A stretch of 63,543 nucleotides of DNA, counting the filler, from Globobulimina sp. (Eukaryota): NCBI GenBank assembly GCA_003354225.1. It is 26 parts of 26 records of this genome, joined end to end, with 100 filler letters (N's around TTAATTAATTAA, not from the genome) between each part and the next. Parts side by side here need not be neighbours in the genome. Positions count along the whole stretch, not along the records: positions 1 to 2,350 come from PIVH01007225.1; positions 2,451 to 4,800 come from PIVH01007226.1; positions 4,901 to 7,249 come from PIVH01007227.1; positions 7,350 to 9,698 come from PIVH01007228.1; positions 9,799 to 12,147 come from PIVH01007229.1; positions 12,248 to 14,596 come from PIVH01007230.1; 20 more parts are not named here. The stretch is one strand, 5' to 3'. Both the position numbers and the translations under genes were made by a program. The notes beneath the pieces were generated by a model. That model was not told where the DNA came from, ran no database searches, and was given only the letters and a program-made list of their open reading frames with translations. Positions 1-12,502 of this stretch are shown here, piece after piece; position 1 is the first letter of the stretch; each line of letters opens with the position of its first letter.

Positions 1-1014
1 AACAGAACAAGTGAAGCAAAGTTATGGCGTTGTAAAAGCAATGAACCGAAAGCATTAAAAGTGCAACGGAAGAAATTGTTCAAACGCTGGCTAAATAACC
101 ATAAACATAGTGATGGCCATGGATCAGTTTTTCTATTTCCAGTTATGTTCGATGTCGAGAAAAACGAACATGGTGAATATATTTTTACAATTCCAATCAA
201 TAAATATAAACTTGAGAGCTTAACAGAAGAAATAAAAGCGTTGGAAAAAGATATGGACAAACTTTGTGACGAGTGCACAATAAAAAAATATAATGCATTA
301 AAGTTTGAACAAAATTGGCTAAAAAAAGAGCTTCCAGAAATTTATTTTCATCCATATAATGGAATTGGACATATTAAATGGATTTATTCATCAAAGGCTC
401 TTGAAATCAATTCAAAGATAAGATTTACAGGCTCAAATTTGATGGATTTCGTAATGAATTTATATGAAAACTGGGGAGCCAATTCAGTAAAAATAGATGA
501 TGGATCTGAAATGCATTGCAAGTTAAGATATAATTCATAATCACAATGTATTCCCTTTTGTTAACATAATCATAATTAAAGGTACGATTGGAAAGAACCA
601 CAAAGATTAATATTACTGCGAACATTTAATCGTGAAAAATATTGTGCAAATCCGAGTTGGTATCATAACTTCGGATTTAAATATAGCAATCCTTCAGATT
701 TAGAAAGAGTACAGCGAGCAATGAATGCATTTGCAACAACTCGAGCTGAGAATGATGAACTTTATCAAACTAATAAAGAATATTTATCACCAGATGCGAT
801 AGGAAGCATTGAAAATATGTATGGCGTATATTGGCAAAACAGACAATCATTTGGACTCTGGATGTTGCAAATCTGGGACACAAACGGTCAATGTTTGTCA
901 GCAGTGATTACAGAAATTAAAAAGCAATCAAAATATTTCAAGTTGAAATTTGGATTGCTTGATGGAGTATATCCTGGTAATATGATATGGAAACCTTTTA
1001 AATGCGTGAAATAA
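1..1014 (+). CDS. 5'-partial two-exon protein, possible GNAT-fold acetyltransferase (intron 522..581)
   Basis: Frame is open from the contig start. A 60-bp GT..AG intron joins ORF 61..540 in frame to ORF 721..1014 (MHCK|YDWKEP). TGSNLMDFVMNLYENWGANSVKIDD and SWYHNFGF resemble GNAT motifs A and B. Confidence 0.45.
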
Positions 1015-1220
1015 TTTGCTTGTTCTTATTTATAATTATATATTTAATTATTTATTTATTTACTATATATTTGAATTTATTCTATTCACATCACCAGATA
1101 CAACGTACAAGTCACAACACATTGTAATAACCGCGCTGAGTGTTAAAAAAGGAAAAAGTTGCAGGGTTCTGATAATAATCTGATTTTGAACTTTTCTTGT
1201 TGTAAGCTAGTCGTTCTATA

Positions 1221-2168
1221 ATGGAACAAAAAAGTAGTGCCATCGACAGTAAATCACTGAAATATGCAAACAATCCATTCATCAAACAAAATACACCAAA
1301 GACATCATCAGTCTCTAAAAACAAAAAAAAGAAAGTACCATCAAAAGCTACCACCAACAACAGTACCAATAAGAAAATGCATGGCAAGACGCACAGCAAT
1401 AAATATCGTGACGACACATACAAATCACAAGAAAACCAAAGTATACGTAAAAAAACAAAAAATAAAAAACGTAATAATAATTATAAAAACAAACTAGCTG
1501 CAGACAACAAAAAACAACCAACAAACAAATCATTGACTAATATTGATCAACAAACGATGAAATTTGGAGAAAATCCATTTTTACAGACAAATGGCAAAAA
1601 ACGCTCAAAAACTTTACCATATCCATCTGACAGCGAAGCAAATTTCGCACTTCCAATCATTGATTTTGATTCCACCACAAAGTCTGTGCCAATTAATATC
1701 GTTAAGAGTATCTCATCATTGTCCTCTAATAATTTATCAGTAGCAATGTCAGAAAAACCAAAAAAACCCAAAAAAAAGACATCATTTAAATTTCTACATT
1801 CAATCAGTACCAGAATGCTACCATCGAAAAACGGACAATCCTTCGAAAAAAAGAAAAAAAGAAGACTTAGTTTCTTTAGCAAAAAAAGAAGAAACAGCGA
1901 CCCTCAAACCAGCACACCAATATCAGCAACATCTTCGAGGCAAATCACAAAGTTTCCACACTATAAACCCGCAAAACCACCGGAAACGACCTTACAAGAA
2001 AGCAAATCGAATCATGATCACCAGCAAGGACAGCAACACCAGAGCAGAGTGAGAAGAAATAGTGATTCTGCAGTGTCAAACCATGAATATGTAATATTCA
2101 AAGATAAACCATTACCACCAAAACCAGTCAAGAAAACTAAAAAACATAAAAATAAAAAAAAAAGTTAA
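1221..2168 (+). CDS. Lys/Ser/Asn-rich low-complexity hypothetical protein
   Basis: 315-aa ATG-to-stop ORF with basic NLS-like runs; no recognisable domain. Confidence 0.5.
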   Translation: MEQKSSAIDSKSLKYANNPFIKQNTPKTSSVSKNKKKKVPSKATTNNSTNKKMHGKTHSNKYRDDTYKSQENQSIRKKTKNKKRNNNYKNKLAADNKKQPTNKSLTNIDQQTMKFGENPFLQTNGKKRSKTLPYPSDSEANFALPIIDFDSTTKSVPINIVKSISSLSSNNLSVAMSEKPKKPKKKTSFKFLHSISTRMLPSKNGQSFEKKKKRRLSFFSKKRRNSDPQTSTPISATSSRQITKFPHYKPAKPPETTLQESKSNHDHQQGQQHQSRVRRNSDSAVSNHEYVIFKDKPLPPKPVKKTKKHKNKKKS

Positions 2169-2350
2169 CAACTGACCATGTTTCATTTTTCAGTGTCAGC
2201 AGTTTTGTATCGTTTTTGGAAATGCAAAATGCAAACACGGTTCAAATATTTTCTTACTGACACTACAAAAATAAAACATATTTATCTCCATATATACAAC
2301 AATTTGCATGTACATGTTTGGCAACACTTTGTATACAACAAATAAATCAT

Positions 2351-2450
2351 NNNNNNNNNNNNNNNNNNNNNNNNNNNNNNNNNNNNNNNNNNNNTTAATT
2401 AATTAANNNNNNNNNNNNNNNNNNNNNNNNNNNNNNNNNNNNNNNNNNNN
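2351..2450. other. Artificial contig linker (44N-TTAATTAATTAA-44N), first of 25; the others start at 4801, 7250, 9699, 12148, 14597, 17046, 19495, 21943, 24391, 26839, 29287, 31735, 34183, 36631, 39078, 41525, 43972, 46419, 48866, 51313, 53760, 56206, 58652 and 61098
   Basis: Identical 100-bp spacer with stops in all six frames every ~2,450 bp; contig lengths fall steadily from 2350 to 2346. Confidence 0.99.
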
Positions 2451-2753
2451 ATTTTAATCATGATAACCATTGGAATATGCGGATTTGCACAATTGTGTTG
2501 TAATGTTATTGGTTATCAATCAGGCGAAGCAACATATGTTTCGTGGTTAGAATACATTACAATTCCAACGGCTTTCATATATCAAACAATTATTTTTGAT
2601 GATTTTCCAAATAAATATGAAATTGTTGGTAGTATACTAGTAAGCAGTGGGTGCCTATTACCATTAATGCAGCAATTGTATATTCATTATAACAATAAAG
2701 ATAGAATACAATTTTCTATGTTACAGAATATTACATCAACGGATGATGATTGA
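2451..2753 (+). CDS. C-terminal fragment of an EamA/DMT (SLC35G-like) transporter
   Basis: GYQSGEATYVSWLEYITIPTAFIYQTIIFDDFPNKYEIVGSILV matches the last helices of an EamA repeat. Confidence 0.75.
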   Translation: MLIMITIGICGFAQLCCNVIGYQSGEATYVSWLEYITIPTAFIYQTIIFDDFPNKYEIVGSILVSSGCLLPLMQQLYIHYNNKDRIQFSMLQNITSTDDD

Positions 2754-3127
2754 TTTTACTGTTAACATTACAACAATTTCCAAAAATACAATTCATTATC
2801 GTACTTTAGAATAGGACGTGTTAAGATCATCAGAAAGTGGTTAATTTTTTTAAAACGAAAACAGTTTCTCGATTTGCAAAGCGTTTCGATCTCAGATAAT
2901 TGAATAAAATCGTTTTGGAATATATCGTTAAAACATATACAATCGTTTAGATTATCCTCGCACATCAGGGAGATGGTCATAAGACTCATAACTATACACA
3001 TGATCTAAATACCAAAGTGCGGGGAAAGTAATCTTTAGAACAGCCATGATTTATTTTGAAGTAATATATTTATAATAATAATATTATACAAAAAAAAAGG
3101 AAGAAGTATTATACAAAAAGAAAATTA

Positions 3128-4800
<1,673 letters not shown>

Positions 4801-4900
4801 NNNNNNNNNNNNNNNNNNNNNNNNNNNNNNNNNNNNNNNNNNNNTTAATTAATTAANNNNNNNNNNNNNNNNNNNNNNNNNNNNNNNNNNNNNNNNNNNN

Positions 4901-5232
4901 GCAAGATATTCTTTGTCGCGTAACAAGGACATAAATGGGGCCACCAATGGTGGGCCACCCAAATGTTTGCCAAATACAGTATATGGAATAGGTACATTCC
5001 ATTTTGCCGCAGGATCGACGTTACGCACAATGTTATTCATATTATTTGCCTCGCATTGTTCAGCAAAAGTTGCTGCAATTTCTCGTGAAGTCTTTGCTCC
5101 GCCAATAACTGACACATTCTCATTCTTTGCAATAACATCATCGAATATTGCTTGATTTAATTCAAATGGATAATATATTTTACCCTTAAATTTATCAGCA
5201 TTAACTATCTCATTTTTTCTTTGTTTTGGCAC
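4901..5232 (-). CDS. Flavin-containing monooxygenase-like fragment
   Basis: DKFKGKIYY followed by NVSVIGGAKTSREIA resembles the FMO fingerprint and second (NADPH) Rossmann motif; cut by the contig end. Confidence 0.55.
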
Positions 5233-5958
5233 ATCATTTTTTTTTGTATACCATACACAGAATAATTCACCACAATAAACTCACTAAATTGTAAAATTAC
5301 TCTCTTGCTTCGTCATCATTAAAGTTTCATGTTTTGCTGACTGTATTCTTGCATCGCATAAATCATCTATTTATTATATTATTTCATTTATAAATCATGC
5401 ACAAAAATATGATAAAAAAATCAACAAAAAAATCACATGTAAAATATCGATCAGTTATTATCCTAAAGCATCAACACAAAGGTTCAGATGTCTCTACTCA
5501 CAATCTCATAAATTAGTAAATGTATCATCAAAAAAACACATTAAATTTCTGGAAATTTCTGTGTAAAACATACTTTGTCATTTCATTTGTTTCCATCTGT
5601 CGGCAAACCCATTTGTGATCATTGCAAATAATAAATAATTTTCAATCGGAATGGATCTAAATATTCAATTTAAAGCAGCTATGTTAGCAATTTGCTTCAT
5701 TAATGGGATATAATTTAGAAATTTCTCAACAATCAGACTTACACGATATGAATACTTATAATCACAAGGTCACTCATTAAATGTTTTTTTTGTTTTCATC
5801 TTAATATATTGCACAAAATATAAATAACACTCAACTTTTAATAAAAGTCATTCACCTTTATCATTTACATATTCATCCTGTCGCGAGCCGCTAAATCATT
5901 AGAGTTTGTTGTTGTTGGTGGTATGGAATTTTAGAGTAAGAAAAAAAAGATTTGTAGC

Positions 5959-7249
5959 ATGTCAGCTTTGACTCAAATTGATGATGTATTGGATTCAGTA
6001 TCCAAGGAAGAAAAAAAAGAAAGCCAGCCCGATGACGAAAAATCTGGCACAATGACACCTGAATACATAATAAAATATTTAATAAAGAAATCAGAAAACA
6101 ATGATAAATTATTGCAAATATTAGGTTCACCATCCAAACAAGAATGGATGGCCAAGGAATGTGGTGATGGCAATATAAATTATATATTCATAGTCTCCGG
6201 TTGCAATGGCTCAGTCATAGTAAAACAAGCACCGCCATTCGTTCGTTTAGTAGGCCCATCATGGCAGTTAAAACAACAACGATTGACGTTCGAAATAGCA
6301 TATACACAAAAACTATTACAATATTCCAACACAAATGCACCACAAATCTATTTAGTGGATGATGAGGAATATTTATTTGTGATGGAAGATTTAAACCAAT
6401 CTTCAATGGTTGTATTTCGCTCACAAATTGCCAAAGGAATTGGCATCAAACTCTATCCAAATATTGGTAAACATATTGGTGTCATGGTTGCAAACATTTT
6501 ATTTAAAACAAGGTATATAATTCCATGCATGCAATCACTTCATACCTCATCTTATCTGAATATTGTATGCATTTCTTAGTGATTTATATCTTTCCGCCGC
6601 GGATAAATGGAACGCATTGAAGCTATTTACAGAGAATAATGAGATGGTATCCTTAACGGAGCAGGTTATTTTTGAGGAACCTTTCTACGAAGCAAAACTT
6701 AATCGGTTTCAACAGAATGATGAATATAAAAATTTATGCCCGCAAATGATTGATACTGTTCAGGTAAATATTCGTCACAAACGCCATTAAATAATGCACA
6801 TCGCAGTGGATTTGCTGAATATAACTTGCATTATTTAATCGCGTTGCTATTACCTTAAGAAAATGAGAAGTGATGGTGCCGTGCTACGGAATGTATTTAA
6901 TTTACGTCGGAAGTTTAGGAATTTACATCAAGCGCTGATTCACGGCGATTTGCATACGGGCAGTATTATGTGCAACGGCGAGCGGAGCGTGGCCATTGAC
7001 GCTGAATTCTCATATTATGGGCCCATGTTTGTGGATGTTGGACTATTTATTGGTAATATGTTGTTATCGTGTTTCAGTCAACAGTTATATGCTAAGAATG
7101 GTGATAGAGAGGAATATGTTAAATATGTGCATGAACAAGCTGTTATATTTTGGAGGGAGTTTTATGAAAATTTTTTGGTTTTATCGAGTGAACAATGTAA
7201 AGGGAATTTGATCCCAGAGACGTTTGGCAGTGATGCGCTGAGAGGATAA
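5959..7249 (+). CDS. mtnK: 5-methylthioribose kinase (methionine salvage), 3'-partial; introns 6513..6579 and 6764..6859
   Basis: ECGDGNINYIF, IVKQAPPFVRLVGPSW, spliced FKTSDL, LTEQVIFEEPF, QALIHGDLHTGSI and IDAEFSYYGP. Confidence 0.92.
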
Positions 7250-7350
7250 NNNNNNNNNNNNNNNNNNNNNNNNNNNNNNNNNNNNNNNNNNNNTTAATTA
7301 ATTAANNNNNNNNNNNNNNNNNNNNNNNNNNNNNNNNNNNNNNNNNNNNA

Positions 7351-8577
7351 TCAAAATTCAATAATAAAATTAATAAATTATGTAATGACTATTCAGCAGC
7401 AATAAATCGATTAGAAATTGAATATTTAATAAAATGTGAACCATATTTGCAAACAACAAATAGTAATAATTCTTCTCCCGATCCACCATCAATAAACCCG
7501 CCAGAAAGCAGCACCAAACCAATCTCGTACACATGTTTTGATTGCAACATATCATACACCGCTAAAAGTTCATTATTACGGCATAATAGAAAAAATCATA
7601 CTAATTATAACTCACAAGAACCGGACTCATCCACATCCGAAACAGAAACACAGCCGCAACAAAAACATAAATGCAATAAGTGCGATAAGATCTGTTCCTC
7701 CATTTACTGCTTAAGACAACATACAAAAAAAGAACATTCCCACAATACAATACAATGCAATGTTTGCTTTAAAACATTTGCCAGTAAACAAGCATTAGGC
7801 GGCCACATATCTGGTGCACATCGAAAGAGTCGTTCGCGTCCATTTAAATGTGGTCAATGTCCCAGCGGCTTTGCACTGAAACGCTATCTAAGGCAACATC
7901 TCATCAATGTGCATAATGAGGATCCGTGGCAATGCGATGAATGTAATCAAACTTTTCGATTCAAGAAACAATTAATGCTACATAAAAAAACCACGCATGC
8001 GAATAATACATCGGATGATGACATTTTATTGGTGCGTGACGGTGAGGATAATGATGAGTGTAATGAACCATTTACGCATCAAAGGGAGCAGCACGGTGTC
8101 AATAAACATGCATTTGGCTGTAATGAATGTGATGAAAAGTTTGCCAATGGAATGGAATTAAATAGACATAGGAATACAGTGCATGTCATTATGAATGCGA
8201 ATCCGTACAAATGCGATATTTGCTGTAAATTGTATGCCTCTGTGACTGGTCTAAAAGTGCATAAATTAACGCATAATCAAGCACAAATATTTAAATGTCG
8301 AGTTGAAGAATGTCACTCTACGTTTGAATTAGAGAGATATTTAACACGACATATGATAAATTATCATAAACAAAATGCATGGAAATGTGGTTACGATGGA
8401 TGTGAGCAATCCTTTCGAAAAAAAATGGATATGGTTACACACCAAACAACAATGCATGAATCGGTGAGTGATGATAGAAAAGAAATAAATGAATCAAGTG
8501 AGTCGGAAAAAGAGTCTGTTGTAAATGATGAGGGAATGTATAAACGAACCAAGTCTTTGTTTAATCATCGTTTGTAA
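7351..8577 (+). CDS. Multi-C2H2 zinc-finger protein (5'-partial)
   Basis: About 9 CxxC-x12-H-x3/4-H fingers; frame open back to the contig start. Confidence 0.93.
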   Translation, partial: SKFNNKINKLCNDYSAAINRLEIEYLIKCEPYLQTTNSNNSSPDPPSINPPESSTKPISYTCFDCNISYTAKSSLLRHNRKNHTNYNSQEPDSSTSETETQPQQKHKCNKCDKICSSIYCLRQHTKKEHSHNTIQCNVCFKTFASKQALGGHISGAHRKSRSRPFKCGQCPSGFALKRYLRQHLINVHNEDPWQCDECNQTFRFKKQLMLHKKTTHANNTSDDDILLVRDGEDNDECNEPFTHQREQHGVNKHAFGCNECDEKFANGMELNRHRNTVHVIMNANPYKCDICCKLYASVTGLKVHKLTHNQAQIFKCRVEECHSTFELERYLTRHMINYHKQNAWKCGYDGCEQSFRKKMDMVTHQTTMHESVSDDRKEINESSESEKESVVNDEGMYKRTKSLFNHRL

Positions 8578-8714
8578 TTTTCCCACAGAAGATTTTGAGA
8601 GTATATACAGTAGTGGCAATTTTTAATTTAACTGTGAGAAATTAGAGTTTTCTTGAAGTGAGCTAGTCATTTAACTCATCCTTGCACCTATCATTTAAGC
8701 ATAAAACTCAAATC

Positions 8715-9698
8715 ATGTCTTATTTCTTAGTCGTAATCGCGTCATTATTTATTACATTAAAAGCTGGGACATTAACAGCAATAAATACGTGTCCTCTACA
8801 AGCTACAGATTGTGTTGGCACCGCAGCAAATCCAATTTGTTGCACACTAACTAACACTGCCAAATATGAAAATGGCTGTTATGCACATTGTAATAATCCT
8901 AACACGCCCGATTTAACCTATATGTGCGGTGTTTGTTGTGTTGGAGATGGAACACAATCCGCTGTCTGCACAGATGGAGTAGGCGTTTGCTCCGCATATT
9001 CATTAGATATCAATGGATATTGTTCTTGTGACGCGCAATGTACACTACATTCTCCCTGTTTAACAGATGCAAGTGAGTATGGTGAATGTGTTCCGCCCGT
9101 CAGCGCATTTTCATGCAATTCCTGTCAATCCTGCACTTCAATATATTCTTCCTACCTCACCTGTGCCACAGCACGTGATTGTGACAATTTGGGTGTGGGT
9201 TTCGAATGTCTTCCGGCCAGTTTACTGCCGTCCAGTCACTGCAATTTTAACGTATGTAAGAAATGCTCCGAGGTGCCAAACGGATGTAATCCTATGACCA
9301 CGGCGGATGATGGCTGTCCCAATGCCGAGCAAATTTGCGATGATACCGGCGGCGGTGTATGCGGCACGTGTGTTTCAGGTATATTTCTAATACACGTTCA
9401 TATATGACTTATATCAACGTTTTATATCAATTATACACATAAAAAAAAGCACCAACTACAACAGGTAAGAATTCATAGATATATATATATATTGCACCGT
9501 AAATCATTTTATATCAACTATATATACACAAAAAAAAAGTGCCCATTACAACAGGTAAGAATTCATACAACTTCGTAGAGATATATGCGGCTAAAAACAT
9601 GTTAACACGCAAACACACCGTAAAAAAAAACACCAAATACATAATATTTTTGTTGCAGATCCATGCGCAGCGCAATGTGTTGCTGATCGCGAGTGTAC
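8715..9698 (+). CDS. Secreted cysteine-rich protein (Kazal-like start), 3'-partial, with two 15-nt microexons (9450..9464, 9540..9554)
   Basis: Signal peptide MSYFLVVIASLFITLKAG and dense Cys; phase-1 GT-AG introns 9379..9449, 9465..9539 and 9555..9658 give CVS-APTTT-VPITT-DPCAAQC. Confidence 0.75.
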
Positions 9699-9798
9699 NN
9701 NNNNNNNNNNNNNNNNNNNNNNNNNNNNNNNNNNNNNNNNNNTTAATTAATTAANNNNNNNNNNNNNNNNNNNNNNNNNNNNNNNNNNNNNNNNNNNN

Positions 9799-10882
9799 AA
9801 TCTTCGCTTCGGATCTCTTTCCAACAAACCTAAAAATAAACTGCGCGCCTCTTTGGATAAATACTTCGGTAAAGGAATGGGAGCATGCAATATTTTCTCG
9901 TACATTATGTTCAAGTTTTCGTTGTAAAATGGCGGCAAACCCGTCATCATCTCATACAACAACGTGCCAAATGACCACCAATCCACTGCCTTGCCATGCC
10001 CTTAAAACATATATTTTGCATTTACAGCACATAAATAGTATAAAATGTGCATTTGTACCTTGTTGATGCAATACTTCAGGTGCTAAATATTCGGGCGTTC
10101 CGCAGAAAGTATGTGTGATCATATCGCCTTTCAACGAGTCTTTGGAGAGCCCAAAGTCGGTGATTTTTATATGTCCGTCGCAATCTAATAATACGTTTTC
10201 GGGCTTCAAGTCGCGATAAATTATGCCGCTGCCATGCAAGCATTTGAGTGCTAAACAGATCTCGCCGCTGTAAAATTTGCTGCGTCGCTGACTGAAACGG
10301 CCCTCATTTTTTAAATGGAAAAATAACTCGCCGCCGTTGAAAAAATCTAATACCATATACAATTTCGCATCGCTTTGAAAGGAATATTTCAAGGACACAA
10401 TGAATGGATTGTCGATGCCGGATAATACACGACGCTCTGTCTGGGTATGTATGACCTGTGGTGGTGTTATATATTTATTTTGTGTTTGTATATTTACGCA
10501 AATTCGCAATTGGGAGTAGATTGGGCTTAACCTGCTTCCTTTTGACTAATTCCTTTTTTTTGAGCACTTTTAAGGCATAAACCTTGCCGTCGTCGTTCTT
10601 TCTGACTTGCATTACTTTGCCAAAAGAACCCTTTCCAACCACTTTCAAAAAGGTGAAATCGTTGATGGTTAACTTTTTATTCATGGCGAAACCGACTGCA
10701 GTGTCATCTTCTGCATCTTCAGAAATTGCGCCCATTCCATGGCCGCCGCCTTTGTTTCGCGTTTTGTGCTGGTTTGGTTTGGGTCGCGGCGCGCCGTTCT
10801 GCTGCCTTTTGGGCGCATTTTTCTTTTTGGAATTCTTTTTCTTTTTTCTTGGTTTCTGTTGTTGGCTTGTTTCGTTGCCCAT
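9799..10882 (-). CDS. AGC-family Ser/Thr kinase (Akt/SGK-like, no PH domain, predicted N-myristoylation), 3'-partial; introns 10456..10531 and 10001..10058
   Basis: MGNETS N-terminus; [42 protein letters not shown] and spliced [12 protein letters not shown]. Confidence 0.93.
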
Positions 10883-11055
10883 GGCTTGATTACTGTGGCT
10901 CACTTAATTCAAAAAACGTGTTCAAGTGTTTATTAACTGGTTGGTTGGCGGTTTTATTGTTACAATTATTAATTACAAGTAATTGCATATAGGCACACAG
11001 AACACGGCCAAAGTCACTAAAGTTTGTTTATTGAGCGATGGTCATTTTGTATGAG

Positions 11056-12147
11056 TTACTCATTATAATTAATAATCTCATCAATAGATTTGGTTGGAAT
11101 ATCAAATTCTGTAATAAATTGTTTGCCGACTTTAGAATCTTCGAAAGCGTTTCTCCGCCAAATATAAATGACAAAAATAACATGGCCACCTACAAAAATT
11201 GAAAGAAGAATCCAAAACAATGCCAAATCAATGCGATCGATCCAGTCACTCCCAACATCCCTCCATCCCACCACAAAACTTTCGATCGCTGCAATTAATA
11301 TCAAACAGAATATAAACAAGTTATACTTATCAACAATGGTAAGATATGGCACTTGCGGCAAACTCGACGATATCACAAATTGGAAGGCAATGACAGCCAA
11401 AACCAATGTGATTATATATCCCAATCTGGATTCTGTTTCATTTGGTTTCAATGCAAACAAACCAAACAACATCACTCCCAACAACATCATCCATAACACA
11501 ATGCGCACCAAAATGGGATACGACTTTCTTTTGACCTGAACTACAAAATAAACGCAAGAAAACGAATTCGTGCCATCAGCGTCCTTTGTACCAAATGCTG
11601 CCAAGCTCCAATCCAATTTTGTATAAACCGCATTATAATCAACAATGTCCCAATCCGGAATGGCGCAAAATGTCTTATCAACTTCCATAATTTCGTTATA
11701 AACGCGAGATGGAACAGTAATGAATTTATTTATATTCATACCGCTGGACAACACTGCGAGAACTGATAAATTTTGAACATCGAATGGATAGTTGTTAAGT
11801 TCGAATGGTTCTGTATACGTTCCTGCAATTTCACATCGACGAAAATTGTAATATTTGTTGTCTCGAACACCTGGCCGTATTTGATAATTTCCAGCATTGC
11901 TGAATTTTGAAAGTTGATCGAAATCTCTAACGACGTCATTTCTTACCTCAAATCGCGGAATAAAATCAGGAATATACTCCTTTGGATTCTGCTGATATCT
12001 TTTAAGCTCATTTTCATTCGCTTCCCAGTCCTGGTTCACCATATATTTCACAAAAAATGTCTGATGCACTGTATCGATCGATGCCATTTGATCAATGCGA
12101 TACGCCATTCCAACCTTGACTGGACTTTGTTTCTGTTATATTTAGTT
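11056..12147 (-). CDS. Pentameric ligand-gated ion channel subunit, Cys-less (Pro-loop) type, 5'-partial
   Basis: FELNNYPFDVQNL Pro-loop without the Cys pair, pre-M1 VKRK, four TM helices, ESRLG before M2, M2-M3 loop LPQVPYLTIVDKY. Confidence 0.85.
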
Positions 12148-12502
12148 NNNNNNNNNNNNNNNNNNNNNNNNNNNNNNNNNNNNNNNNNNNNTTAATTAAT
12201 TAANNNNNNNNNNNNNNNNNNNNNNNNNNNNNNNNNNNNNNNNNNNNAATTAACTTGTGATTTGCGATGACCGTTGATTATGAATTGCAGCTGCAATTCT
12301 ATCACACCCAAAGCCAAATAATGATTTCCAGGGGTTTCTGAGCGTTACCGCTCCCATAGGTTTGTACATGTTGCAATTTTAGGAATAAACAAAAAATTGA
12401 TGAAGATTGAAGTCACGCATCTCAAATTAAATTACAATTTCACTAAATGGCATCAAAAAACCAACTTTGGTATTTTTACCAAAGGCAATTATTTATATAC
12501 AT

